Positions 1 to 8,331 of a DNA stretch of 64,000 nucleotides are shown piece after piece. Location: assembly GCA_900549825.1 (NCBI GenBank), contig URQB01000003.1, positions 46,117 through 110,116 of the forward strand. Reading direction: 5' to 3'. Position 1 is the stretch's first letter; every line of letters starts with the position of its first letter. The notes under the pieces were generated by a model that saw only the letters and a program-made list of their open reading frames with translations, was not told the origin of the DNA and searched no databases. The stretch comes from an uncultured Oscillospiraceae bacterium (GTDB lineage Bacteria; Bacillota; Clostridia; Oscillospirales; Acutalibacteraceae). The position numbers and the translations under genes are program-made.

Positions 1-269
1 GAGACCTTTCCGGAGATGGAAGCGTGAATCGGCGCACTGATGAATTTGTCGCTGTCCCCGATCACCTGCCCCACGGAGACCGGATCGCCCACCTTGACGA
101 CCGGCGTGCAGGGCGCGCCGATATGCTGCTGCATGGGCAGGATGACGCTCTCCGGGGAGGGCATGCGCACCGGCTCCATATCGGCCGTGTTTTTATTGTG
201 CGATACGCTCACGCCGCCGCGCGGCTTGCGCACCGCAGTGAGCACGCCCTTCATTTTTTCTGGTTTCAT
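1..269 (-). CDS. rnfC: Rnf electron-transport complex subunit C, N-terminal part (continues past window start)
   Basis: Reverse translation from the ATG at 269 gives MKPEKMKGVLTAVRKPRGGVSVSHNKNTADMEPVRMPSPESVILPMQQHIGAPCTPVVKVGDPVSVGQVIGDSDKFISAPIHASISGKV. This carries the QHIGAPC..VKVGD.V..GQ.I....SAPIH.S.SGKV pattern of the RnfC N-terminus. The frame stays open to position 1, so it is absent from the ORF track. It lies downstream of apbE. Confidence 0.75.
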   Translation of the reverse strand, partial: MKPEKMKGVLTAVRKPRGGVSVSHNKNTADMEPVRMPSPESVILPMQQHIGAPCTPVVKVGDPVSVGQVIGDSDKFISAPIHASISGKV

Positions 270-299
270 CTGGTCAACCCCTTGTTTTCAAGCTGTGAT

Positions 300-836
300 T
301 TATTTGGAATGGGAAGGAAAAATCCGGTTGAGATAAGGCGAAGCCGCCCCATAGACCGCGCCGGTGACGATCCCCGTCAGCAGGGCGAACAGGAGCAGCA
401 GCGGCGCATAGCCAAAGACGGCTTTGGTGCCGGTCAGCGCCCAGGAGGCGAGCATTTGGCCGAAATTATGCGCGATCGCACATAGAATCCCTGTGCCGGC
501 CGCCCCGAAGGGATTGCGCTTTCCGCGTAGCAGAAGCAGCATCACGGCCATGCTGAGCATGCCGCCCGCAACGCTCATGAAAAAGGCGGTTGCCCCGCGG
601 GTCAGTCCCGCAAAGCCCGCCTTGAGCAGCGTGATGGGGAATGCGCCCGCAAAGCCGAGCTGAGCGGCTGCGGCCATCGTGGCAATATTGGAGAAGCCGG
701 GCTTTGCCCCGGGCGGAAGGCCCGGGAAGCCCGGAATGAGATTTTCAAGAAAAGACAGCGTCAGTGCGGCGGCGCCGAGCATGCCGAGCAGCGCCGTTTT
801 CCGCGTGCGTGGGTTGAGGTTCGGCCTGCCGGTCAT
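300..836 (-). CDS. Gx transporter family membrane protein
   Basis: ORF 300..1184 trimmed to the internal ATG at 836 (MTGRPNLNPRTRKTALLGML...). It is a polytopic Gly/Ala-rich membrane protein. The upstream 116 codons overlap the next gene and are Arg/Gly-rich junk. The position after a NusG-domain-II gene is typical for this family. Confidence 0.7.
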   Translation of the reverse strand: MTGRPNLNPRTRKTALLGMLGAAALTLSFLENLIPGFPGLPPGAKPGFSNIATMAAAAQLGFAGAFPITLLKAGFAGLTRGATAFFMSVAGGMLSMAVMLLLLRGKRNPFGAAGTGILCAIAHNFGQMLASWALTGTKAVFGYAPLLLLFALLTGIVTGAVYGAASPYLNRIFPSHSK

Positions 837-862
837 GGCTTGCTCCCCGCCTTTCGCTCCAT

Positions 863-1246
863 TCAATAGGTTTGTACATCCACTCCGTCCGCCTGACGGG
901 TGCCTTCCATGGCAATCACGGTGCGCGCGGGCAGGCAGGCGGCCGTATCCCCCGGCCTTGAAAGCCAGCCGGATTTGACGCACAGCCCATCCGGACATTC
1001 GGCGGAGAGGTAGCGGATGCGGCCCTTTTCCACCCGGACGGTGGCCGGCAGATTCTCTCCAAGCGTGAGCGTATAGGGCTCGTTCACATCGCTGAGCGAA
1101 ATGCGCCCAACCTCCGCCCCGCCGCTGTAGAGAACGGCTTGTACGGCCTGAGGTTCCCCTGTGGGCAGGAATAATAAAAGGCACACGGCGGCAATCGCGG
1201 CGATCAGCAGCAGATCGGCCCGCCGGAAAAATGTTTGCTTTTTCAT
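863..1246 (-). CDS. NusG domain II-containing protein (DUF1312-like)
   Basis: 127 aa with an N-terminal signal anchor (MKKQTFFRRADLLLIAAIAAVCLLL), then ...RIRYLSAECPDGLCVKSGWLSRPGDTAACLPARTVI with a Cys pattern as in NusG-II proteins. Encoded between apbE and the Gx transporter. Confidence 0.7.
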   Translation of the reverse strand: MKKQTFFRRADLLLIAAIAAVCLLLFLPTGEPQAVQAVLYSGGAEVGRISLSDVNEPYTLTLGENLPATVRVEKGRIRYLSAECPDGLCVKSGWLSRPGDTAACLPARTVIAMEGTRQADGVDVQTY

Positions 1247-1250
1247 AATT

Positions 1251-2306
1251 TTATGTATCCTGTATCAGGTGATATGCATCGTTGGTCAGCTGGAAGGCTT
1301 GCTTCAGCCCGCCGGTAACCAGCACGGTTTTTTCCTTTGTTACAAAGATCGCCTGTGCGCCAAAGGAATCCAGCAGGGGAAGGCTCTTTTCATAACCCAG
1401 GACGAAACAGGCGGTGGAGAGCGCGTCGCTCAAAAGGCCGGAGGGCGCGGTCACCGTCACGCTGATGAGCCCGGCGTCCGCCGGATTGCCTGTTTTCGGG
1501 TCAAGGATGTGATGATAGGTTTTGCCGTTTACCGTCAGCGTGCGCTCATAATCGCCGCTGGTTGAAACAAAGCCCTCTGCAAGCGCAAACGTGCCGAGCT
1601 GCTCCGACGCTTCGCCGCGCGGGTCGCGCACGCCAACCTTCCAATCGCCTCCGCCGGGGCGGCTGCCCCAGAGAAGGAGGCTGCCGCCGACGGAGACCAC
1701 CGCGCCGGACAGACGCGTTCCGTCTAATATCTGTTTGGCCTCGTCGCATGCGATCCCCTTGCCGATCGCACCGAGATCCAGTGCCTGCCCTTTGATAAGC
1801 GACGCCTGCCCATCGTGCAGGGAGAGTTTTTGCCAACCGATGGTTTGCAGGGCGGCTGTGATCTCCGCCTGCGAAGGCACACGGGCTTTTTCACCGCCGA
1901 TATCCCAAAGCCTCGTCAATGCGCCCATGGTGCAATCCAAGGCGCCTCCGCTTTTTTCGCTCACCGCGGCGGCTTGCCGCAAATACGATGCGGTTTGATC
2001 ACTGATGGGAACGCAAGAGCCGGAGGATGCATTGATCCGCGCAATCTCCGAGGAGTCCGCCCGCCAGGAAAGGCGCTCTTTTTCCAGCGTGTCGAACGCG
2101 GAAAAGAGCGCAGAGGAGGTATCCTCCCCGCCGGGACCGTACAGCTGCGCGGTGACGACGGTGCCCATGGAGATCCCGCTGTGTTCAAAAGCGGCCTCCT
2201 TCTGGCTTTTCCACAAATCCAACCCGATCAGAAGAATCAGCAGGATCAGGGCGGCGCCCAGGAGGAGCGCGGTCAGGATGGTTCTTTTTTTGTGGATATG
2301 TTGCAA
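1251..2306 (-). CDS. apbE: FAD:protein FMN transferase (ApbE family), membrane anchored
   Basis: 351 aa. An N-terminal TM segment is followed by ...MGTVVTAQLYG..., ...LDLGAIGKGIACDEA... and ...STSGDYERT...HHILDPKTG..., which are typical ApbE blocks. Confidence 0.85.
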   Translation of the reverse strand: MQHIHKKRTILTALLLGAALILLILLIGLDLWKSQKEAAFEHSGISMGTVVTAQLYGPGGEDTSSALFSAFDTLEKERLSWRADSSEIARINASSGSCVPISDQTASYLRQAAAVSEKSGGALDCTMGALTRLWDIGGEKARVPSQAEITAALQTIGWQKLSLHDGQASLIKGQALDLGAIGKGIACDEAKQILDGTRLSGAVVSVGGSLLLWGSRPGGGDWKVGVRDPRGEASEQLGTFALAEGFVSTSGDYERTLTVNGKTYHHILDPKTGNPADAGLISVTVTAPSGLLSDALSTACFVLGYEKSLPLLDSFGAQAIFVTKEKTVLVTGGLKQAFQLTNDAYHLIQDT

Positions 2307-2439
2307 AAAATCGCCCCTTCCGCCTGATTTTCCAATTCTATTTTAAAGGATATTGCGGGAATATTCAATCGTTTCTCTAATTATAGTAGAATTTTTCTCT
2401 CTCGCACAAGATGATTTCAGGTCGGCTGAGGAATTAAAA

Positions 2440-2890
2440 AACGCCGGAAACCCGCGTAATCACTATGTTTTTGCGCGTTCTCGGCGTTTTGTTTATCTGC
2501 CGGGTCATCCTGTTTTACTGCTCCGTGATATGCGTTCAGGACTTCTTTATTTACGTTCAAGCCGCACGCCCACATAGCGGGCGTAACGGCTTCAAAGTTC
2601 ATGGAGCGTCTTTTTGTACCCGTCATAGGTAGAGGAGCGCAAATTTACGCTCGCGTAATTTTCCACCCAATTATTGAGGTAGCTTGCAACGGTCTGTTTA
2701 CGCTGTACGGCAATAGAAGCGATTTGTCCCGGATTTTTGAAGTTTCATTTTCATTTCTGCTTCATGCTGCAACGCTTCTTTTTTGTCGCAACCCCCTTTT
2801 TAGGGTAAGTCTTTTGCTCCCATCTGGGGCGGGGTACTTTATATTTATCTCGTTTGTGGCTCCTTGTACACCATTGTTTCCATGTGTTTG
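2440..2890 (-). pseudogene. Decayed N-terminal remnant of a tyrosine recombinase/phage integrase
   Basis: The minus strand reads in three different frames: ...NIKYPAPDGSKRLTLK / KKGVATKKKR / ...RKQTVASYLNNWVENYASVNLRSSTYDGYKKTLHEL*. This is the arm-binding plus SAM-like N-domain pattern of integrases, broken by frameshifts and stops. No catalytic domain follows. A tRNA 3' end lies 440 bp away. Confidence 0.45.
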
Positions 2891-3145
2891 AAACGCCATG
2901 AGGCGTTGCGTTTGGGAAGGTTCGCCGAACAGCTTTTCACGTGTCTCAATCTTTCTGCTGCCGACGTGCCGTGCAAAACGACCCCTTTTGCATCCTTTTC
3001 CGGCCGAACGGAAAAGGAAGGGCCTGCGCGCGTTCCAATTTCTTCTTCCCTTGTCAAGGCGATCAAAAACGGCAAGCGTAAGGCAGAAATTGTACGAAAT
3101 TGTTCTTGTGCATTTTGACGAAACGATATCTCTTTTTCGACAGGC
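2880..3145 (+). repeat. 5'-truncated copy (A) of a ~450-bp interspersed non-coding repeat
   Basis: Aligns by eye with 35551-35820 (+) and with the reverse complement of 37436-37715. Shared blocks are ccatgtgtttga..., tttgggaaggttcgccgaac...cacgtgtctcaatctttctgctgccga(c/a)gtgccgtgcaaaacg, the hairpin c(a/t)tccttttccggccgaacggaaaaggaag, and ...ttgacgaaacgatatc(t/c)ctttttcgacaggc. Confidence 0.8.
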
Positions 3146-3260
3146 GGAGCTGCGCTGTTTAGGTCTCAAAAGAAGTAGTAGCAGATTGTAGTAGCATGGC
3201 CTTTGAAGCAGCAGATTTCAGGCGTCTAAAATCCAACGAAGGCAGGGAGGAAGGCACATG

Positions 3261-3320
3261 AAAATAAAAAATGATGCGGCTTTCAGAAGCACCTCGAATA
3301 CTTCAGAAAACCGCATCATT
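3261..3320 (-). terminator. Intrinsic terminator downstream of tRNA-Arg
   Basis: On the minus strand, aatgatgcggttttctgaag pairs with cttctgaaagccgcatcatt across an 11-nt loop and is followed by ttttatttt. Confidence 0.6.
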
Positions 3321-3330
3321 ACAAGGTTTC

Positions 3331-3407
3331 TGGCGCGCTGGAAGGGACTCGAACCCCCGACCTTTTGGTTCGTAGCCAAACACTCTATCCAGCTGAGCTA
3401 CCAGCGC
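3331..3407 (-). tRNA. tRNA-Arg (anticodon ACG)
   Basis: The reverse complement is GCGCTGGTAGCTCAGCTGGATAGAGTGTTTGGCTACGAACCAAAAGGTCGGGGGTTCGAGTCCCTTCCAGCGCGCCA. It has a 7-bp acceptor stem, a D-loop AGCTCAGCTGGATAGAGT, an anticodon loop CTACGAA, a T-loop TTCGAGT and an encoded CCA. Confidence 0.9.
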
Positions 3408-3452
3408 ACATGGAGCTTCTCAGCTCACATACAGCCTCTCGACTGCCAAAGT

Positions 3453-3481
3453 ATCATACCACATCCTTTTCAAAAATGCAA
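3453..3481 (-). promoter_or_regulatory. Sigma-70-type promoter for tRNA-Arg
   Basis: The minus strand reads TTGCAT-17 nt-TATGAT, about 40 nt upstream of the tRNA 5' end. Confidence 0.5.
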
Positions 3482-3541
3482 CTCCTAATTTTAAATTTTT
3501 GCGATATTTCTTTCCAGACCCCCTCATACCGCCAAAATCCG

Positions 3542-3570
3542 TTGACAGCGGTGGCGCGGTATACTATAAT
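3542..3570 (+). promoter_or_regulatory. Consensus sigma-70 promoter for purA (divergent from the tRNA promoter)
   Basis: TTGACA (3542-3547), a 17-nt spacer, then TATAAT (3565-3570). Confidence 0.6.
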
Positions 3571-3680
3571 GAATTGTATTTTTGGTCTGCAGGGCCGCAA
3601 TCCTTCGGAGGAGTGGCTTTGCGCTGAAGAAAGCCGCTTACCCAGCGCTTTCTTCCTATTTTTTTGGAGGTGCGTTTGAA

Positions 3681-4964
3681 TTGGTTAAAGCGATTGTCGG
3701 CGCAAACTGGGGCGACGAGGGCAAGGGGAAAATCACCGATCTGGTTGCCAGCGAATCGGATATCGTCATCCGCTTTCAGGGCGGCGCGAACGCGGGGCAC
3801 ACGATCATCAATGATTACGGCCGTTTTGCGCTGCATCTGCTTCCCTCCGGCGTATGCTACCAGCACACGATGAATATCATTGGCAACGGCGTGGCGCTCG
3901 ATATCCCGAAGCTGATTGCTGAAATCAAGTCCGTTACGGACAAGGGCGTCCCGGCGCCGCATATCATGGTGTCCGACCGGGCGCAGGTGATGATGCCGTA
4001 CCATGTGCTGCTCGACACCTATGAGGAAGAGCGGCTGGCGGACAGGCAATTCGGCTCCACCAAATCCGGCATTGCACCGTTTTATTCCGATAAATATGCA
4101 AAGATTGGCTTCCAGGTCAACGAATTGTTTGACGAGGAGTACTTAAAGGAAAAGCTCGCGCGCGTACTCGAGGTCAAGAACCTCATGCTCGAGCACATCT
4201 ATCACAAGCCGCTGCTGAATTTCGATGAGATTTTCAATACGCTCACGGAGTATCGCGAGATGGTCGCGCCCTATGTGGGCGACGTCAACGTCTATGTCCA
4301 CGAGGCGCTCAAGGCGGGCAAAAATATCCTGCTGGAGGGCCAGCTTGGCTCATTGAAGGACCCGGATTTCGGTATCTACCCGATGGTGACCTCCTCTTCG
4401 ACACTGGCGGGCTACGGCGCGGTCGGCGCGGGGATTCCGCCCTATGAGATCAAAGAGATCGTCGCGGTGACGAAATCATATTCCAGTGCGGTCGGCGCGG
4501 GCGAATTCGTTTCAGAAGTCTTCGGCGAAGAGGCCCAACTGATGCGCGATCACGGCGGCGACAAGGGCGAATACGGCGCAACCACGGGCCGGCCCCGCCG
4601 CATGGGCTGGTTCGACTGCGTGGCCACCCGCTACGGCTGCCGGGTACAGGGCGCAACGCAGGTGGTGCTCACGGCGCTCGATTGCCTGGCCTATCTCGAT
4701 GAGATCAAGGTCTGTACCGGCTATGAGATCGACGGCGTGGTGACGAAGGACTTCCCCGTGACCACAAAGCTGAAAAAAGCAAAGCCCGTGCTGGAGACGT
4801 TACCTGGCTTCAAGCAGGAGATCCGCGGCATCGAGCGGTTTGAAGATCTGCCCAAGGCCGCGCAGGATTATGTGGCGTTCATCGAGAAGGAGATCGGCGT
4901 GCCGGTCACGATGGTTTCCAATGGCCCGAAGCGCAGCGAAATCCTCAAGCGTAAATCAATTTGA
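3681..4964 (+). CDS. purA: Adenylosuccinate synthase
   Basis: ORF 3582..4964 trimmed to the TTG at 3681, preceded by GGAGGT. The product starts (M)VKAIVGANWGDEGKGKITD, the canonical PurA P-loop N-terminus, and is about 427 aa. Confidence 0.9.
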   Translation: MVKAIVGANWGDEGKGKITDLVASESDIVIRFQGGANAGHTIINDYGRFALHLLPSGVCYQHTMNIIGNGVALDIPKLIAEIKSVTDKGVPAPHIMVSDRAQVMMPYHVLLDTYEEERLADRQFGSTKSGIAPFYSDKYAKIGFQVNELFDEEYLKEKLARVLEVKNLMLEHIYHKPLLNFDEIFNTLTEYREMVAPYVGDVNVYVHEALKAGKNILLEGQLGSLKDPDFGIYPMVTSSSTLAGYGAVGAGIPPYEIKEIVAVTKSYSSAVGAGEFVSEVFGEEAQLMRDHGGDKGEYGATTGRPRRMGWFDCVATRYGCRVQGATQVVLTALDCLAYLDEIKVCTGYEIDGVVTKDFPVTTKLKKAKPVLETLPGFKQEIRGIERFEDLPKAAQDYVAFIEKEIGVPVTMVSNGPKRSEILKRKSI

Positions 4965-4994
4965 ATGTATCCTGAAATAAAAGGTGGTCCCCGC

Positions 4995-6530
4995 ATGTAT
5001 GAATCCATTCTGGTGCTCGATTTCGGCGGACAGTACAATCAGCTAATTGCACGCCGCGTCCGCGAGCAGAACGTTTACGCCGAAGTAAAGCCCTATACGA
5101 CCCCGCTTTCCGAAATCCGGGAGCGGCATTATAAGGGCATCATCTTTACCGGCGGGCCGAACAGCGTGTACGACCCGGCCTCTCCGCACTATGAGGAGGG
5201 TATTTTGTCGCTTGGCGTGCCGGTGCTCGGCATCTGCTATGGCGCGCAGCTCATCGCCTGGCTGGAGGGCGGGGAGATTGCCGCCGCGGAGAACGGGAGC
5301 GAATATGGTAAAGTGGAGGTGGAGGCCTGTGCGGATAGCCTCCTCTTCCGCGACGTGCCCGCGCGCAGCCAGTGCTGGATGAGCCATACGGACTATATTA
5401 AGACCCCGCCCGCGGGCTACCGGGTCTCCGCGCATACGGACGCTTGCTCGACGGCGGCGATGGAAAACGTGGAGAAGAAGATTTACGCCGTCCAGTTCCA
5501 CCCGGAGGTGACGCATACGGCCTTCGGCAAGCAGATGCTTCATAATTTCCTTTATGAAATCTGCGGCTGCAAGGGCGATTGGCGGATGAACGATTTTGTC
5601 GAGCGCTCCATCGAAAAATATCGCGAGGAGCTCAAGGGGAAAAGGGTGCTCTGCGCGCTCTCCGGCGGGGTGGATTCCTCTGTGGCCGCTGTGCTGCTGC
5701 ACAAGGCGATTGGGAAGAACCTGACCTGCGTTTTCGTCGATCACGGCTTGCTCCGCAAGGAGGAAGGCGACACGGTCGAGCGGGTGTTTCGCGAGCAGTT
5801 CGATATGAATCTGATCCGTGTCAACGCGGCCGATCGCTTCCTCTCAAAGCTTGCGGGCGTGGAGGAGCCGGAAGCAAAGCGCAAGATCATCGGCGAAGAA
5901 TTCATTCGCGTGTTTGAGGCGGAATCGAAAAAGCTCGGTAAGATGGATTATCTCGTACAGGGCACGATCTATCCGGATGTGATCGAGAGCGGCGTGGGCG
6001 ATGCGGCCGTTATCAAAAGCCACCACAATGTAGGGGGACTCCCGGAGGATGTGGATTTTCAGGGCATCATCGAGCCGCTGCGTGACCTATTTAAGGATGA
6101 GGTCCGTGCGGCGGGGTTGGAGCTTGGCATCCCGGCGAATCTTGTCTGGCGGCAGCCCTTCCCGGGGCCCGGCCTTGCGATCCGCATCATGGGCGAAATC
6201 ACGGAAGGGAAGCTTGCCATCCTGCGCGAGGCGGACGCGATCTTCCGCGAGGAGATCGTCCATGCAGGGCTCGAAAAGCAGGTCAATCAGTATTTTGCCG
6301 TGCTGACGAATGTGCGCAGCGTGGGTGTGATGGGCGACGCGCGGACGTACGACTATACTGTTGCCCTGCGTGCGGTGACGACGACCGACTTCATGACGGC
6401 GGAGTGGGCGCAGCTGCCGCTCGAACTGCTTGCGCGCGCGTCGAGCAGGATCACGAACGAGGTGCCGCATGTGAACCGCGTGGTTTATGATATTACGACG
6501 AAGCCGCCGGCGACGGTGGAGTGGGAATGA
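4995..6530 (+). CDS. guaA: GMP synthase (glutamine-hydrolysing), full length
   Basis: Start [24 protein letters not shown] after AAAGGTGG. GATase motifs GICYGAQ and FHPE are present, as are the PP-loop [17 protein letters not shown] and the C-terminal PPATVEWE. Confidence 0.92.
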   Translation: MYESILVLDFGGQYNQLIARRVREQNVYAEVKPYTTPLSEIRERHYKGIIFTGGPNSVYDPASPHYEEGILSLGVPVLGICYGAQLIAWLEGGEIAAAENGSEYGKVEVEACADSLLFRDVPARSQCWMSHTDYIKTPPAGYRVSAHTDACSTAAMENVEKKIYAVQFHPEVTHTAFGKQMLHNFLYEICGCKGDWRMNDFVERSIEKYREELKGKRVLCALSGGVDSSVAAVLLHKAIGKNLTCVFVDHGLLRKEEGDTVERVFREQFDMNLIRVNAADRFLSKLAGVEEPEAKRKIIGEEFIRVFEAESKKLGKMDYLVQGTIYPDVIESGVGDAAVIKSHHNVGGLPEDVDFQGIIEPLRDLFKDEVRAAGLELGIPANLVWRQPFPGPGLAIRIMGEITEGKLAILREADAIFREEIVHAGLEKQVNQYFAVLTNVRSVGVMGDARTYDYTVALRAVTTTDFMTAEWAQLPLELLARASSRITNEVPHVNRVVYDITTKPPATVEWE

Positions 6531-6537
6531 ACATATC

Positions 6538-6581
6538 ATCCCGAAAATCCGGTATGATGCGGATTTTCGGGATTGTTTTTT
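6538..6581 (+). terminator. Intrinsic terminator of guaA
   Basis: atcccgaaaatccg and cggattttcgggat form a 14-bp stem, followed by tgtttttt. Confidence 0.7.
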
Positions 6582-6689
6582 CAGGATTCCTCCTCTGTGG
6601 TATGCGCATAAAAATTCCCCCGTTTGAAATCTGCGGTTTGATATCTGGAATCTGTTTTTGCGCTTAGACCACGCGGGTTATCTTTTTTC

Positions 6690-7335
6690 GCATTGTGTAT
6701 GTGTTTCGCTGACGCGCTTTCGTTCTCTTTGCTTGTGCAAAGAGAACGAAGCAAGAGAAAGCACAGGGGCATAGCCCCTTGACCCCATGTACGGCACTGC
6801 GGTAGCGGAAAGATGAAGCCACGATCGAACCCGTTCGGCGAAAAGGCTTCAAACTCACCGCCTCACGGCGGTTCAGGCATGAAGCCTTTTCGTTTCCCCG
6901 CTGCGCGAGGAAATCCCCTCACGAGCCACGCCCCCAGTTTGGCGCAATGCTGCCTTGGCCCATCATTACCTTGCTGCGGCGCAATGGATTACAGGTTACG
7001 AAGGGTGCAGAAACCTTGCGTTGCCCGCCGCTGACTGCGCGTTAAACAGCTTTCGGAAGGCCGAGGCAGCATATCGCTTCACCAACTGCGTGGCTCGTGA
7101 GGGGATTTTTTCACCGCGTCTCGTGCGGTGCAAAACGGGCGCACAAATTGTCTGAGCGCCGTGAGGCGGCGAGTTTTTGTGTGTCCCGCCGAACGGGTTG
7201 GATCGTGACGATCAGCTTCCCGCTGCCGAAGTGCCGTGCGAAACGGCCCCTTTTGCTTCCTTTTCCGGCCGAACGGAAAAGGGAGGGCCCGCGCGGCCTG
7301 AGCGCGCTCTTCCTGGTGAGCCACTTTCATTGTGT
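6690..7335. repeat. Two diverged copies of the interspersed repeat in opposite orientation (large imperfect palindrome)
   Basis: The right arm (about 7040-7335, +) carries cggaaggccgaggcagc..tgcgtggctcgtgaggggattt..ccgtgaggcggcgagttt..ccgccgaacgggttggatcgtg..ccgctgccgaagtgccgtgcgaaacggccccttttgcttccttttccggccgaacggaaaagggagg. The left arm (about 6690-7000) holds the same blocks in reverse complement, in the same order. Confidence 0.65.
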
Positions 7336-7477
7336 AAAATAATGTTAATTTTGATATGTTTATTTGAGTTGATATAATTTATTCCATAAAAATTTCAAAT
7401 AGCTTGGCATTGGGCTGCCCTTAGTTGTATACTTAGGGCGGCCCTTAATTGGAGGTGATCTTCTGGGCACAAAAAAG

Positions 7478-7639
7478 ATGGGGCGGCCAACGGATAATCC
7501 CAAACCCTATAAAATTGCTGTTAAACTTGATCAAGAAGCGAAAGATGTCTTAGATGCTTATTGCAAGCAAGAATCCGTTTCGATGATGGAAGCAGCACGG
7601 CGCGGGATCAAACGGTTGAAACCCGACCTCAAAAAATGA
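7478..7639 (+). CDS. Small ribbon-helix-helix-like protein (53 aa), hypothetical
   Basis: MGRPTDNPKPYKIAVKLDQEAKDVLDAYCKQESVSMMEAARRGIKRLKPDLKK has a beta-strand/helix/helix layout like CopG/RHH. GGAGGTGA lies at 7451-7458, and an alternative CTG start at 7463 fits the RBS spacing better. It falls below the ORF-track size cutoff. Confidence 0.5.
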   Translation: MGRPTDNPKPYKIAVKLDQEAKDVLDAYCKQESVSMMEAARRGIKRLKPDLKK

Positions 7640-7814
7640 AAGGAAGCGGCTCCAACTCGCGAAAGTATCAGCCACTTCCAGTACGGCAACCGCCTGAAAA
7701 GACAGTTACAGCGTAAATATTTTACCATAAAATCAGATGTTTGCAAATGATTTTATGGTATGCGCATGCGATTTCTTTCAAGCGTTGTACGATCATTTGA
7801 AAGGAACATGCTTC

Positions 7815-8141
7815 ATGCTTTATAACGACAGCCTGAATCTGATCGAGGAATTGTACTTCGGCAACATCTGCCCCCATGAAGAGAGCTTTGACAAACGCTC
7901 CCGCTACGCCGCTTTCCTCAAAACCATCTCTGTCAATGAGGAAAAGCTCAACGCCTATTTCAAAGCACATACCGGGGCTGAAGAGGAGGAGCATCTTTTT
8001 TCACAGCTCATCAACGCGCAGGGCGAAATCCGGCGCTTCAGCGAGCTTGACCGCTTTGTTGAGGGCTTCCAGCTCGGCGCAAGGCTGATGCTCGATACCT
8101 TCCTGCTCCCGCAGCAGAGCGTCATCCGGGATATTTACTGA
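7815..8141 (+). CDS. Hypothetical small helical protein (108 aa)
   Basis: ORF 7737..8141 trimmed to the ATG at 7815 after AAAGGA: MLYNDSLNLIEELYFGNICPHEESF... I cannot assign a family. A perfect 12-bp inverted repeat (accataaaatca/tgattttatggt, 7724-7759) lies just upstream. Confidence 0.5.
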   Translation: MLYNDSLNLIEELYFGNICPHEESFDKRSRYAAFLKTISVNEEKLNAYFKAHTGAEEEEHLFSQLINAQGEIRRFSELDRFVEGFQLGARLMLDTFLLPQQSVIRDIY

Positions 8142-8331
8142 GAAAATCCCCCTCTGAAACACTGGGATTTGTGGAAAACGAACGCTTTTCAGGAGAAATG
8201 ATCTGTGGTATACTAAATAAGATTTTTAGTCGAAATCGATTGGACATGCCCGGACATGCGACCGATGATCCGGCGGCACCGGAAATTGGCTTTTCCATCC
8301 GGGAGACTTTACAGCGAAAGGAACATCCCAT

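Noticed and set aside
300-1184. Full 294-aa version of the Gx-transporter ORF
   Set aside because: The first 116 codons overlap the NusG-II gene in another frame and translate to Arg/Gly-rich junk. The hydrophobic transporter sequence starts at the ATG at 836.
2762-3191. Small ORFs inside the repeat copies (e.g. 2762..3169, 2864..3118, 2898..3191; also 35454..35654, 35576..36016, 37377..37787, 37395..37706, 7097..7342)
   Set aside because: They occur on both strands and in several frames of the same DNA. Their frames are not preserved between copies, they have no RBS, and they are rich in Arg/Pro/Ser. They are better explained as chance ORFs in a non-coding repeat.
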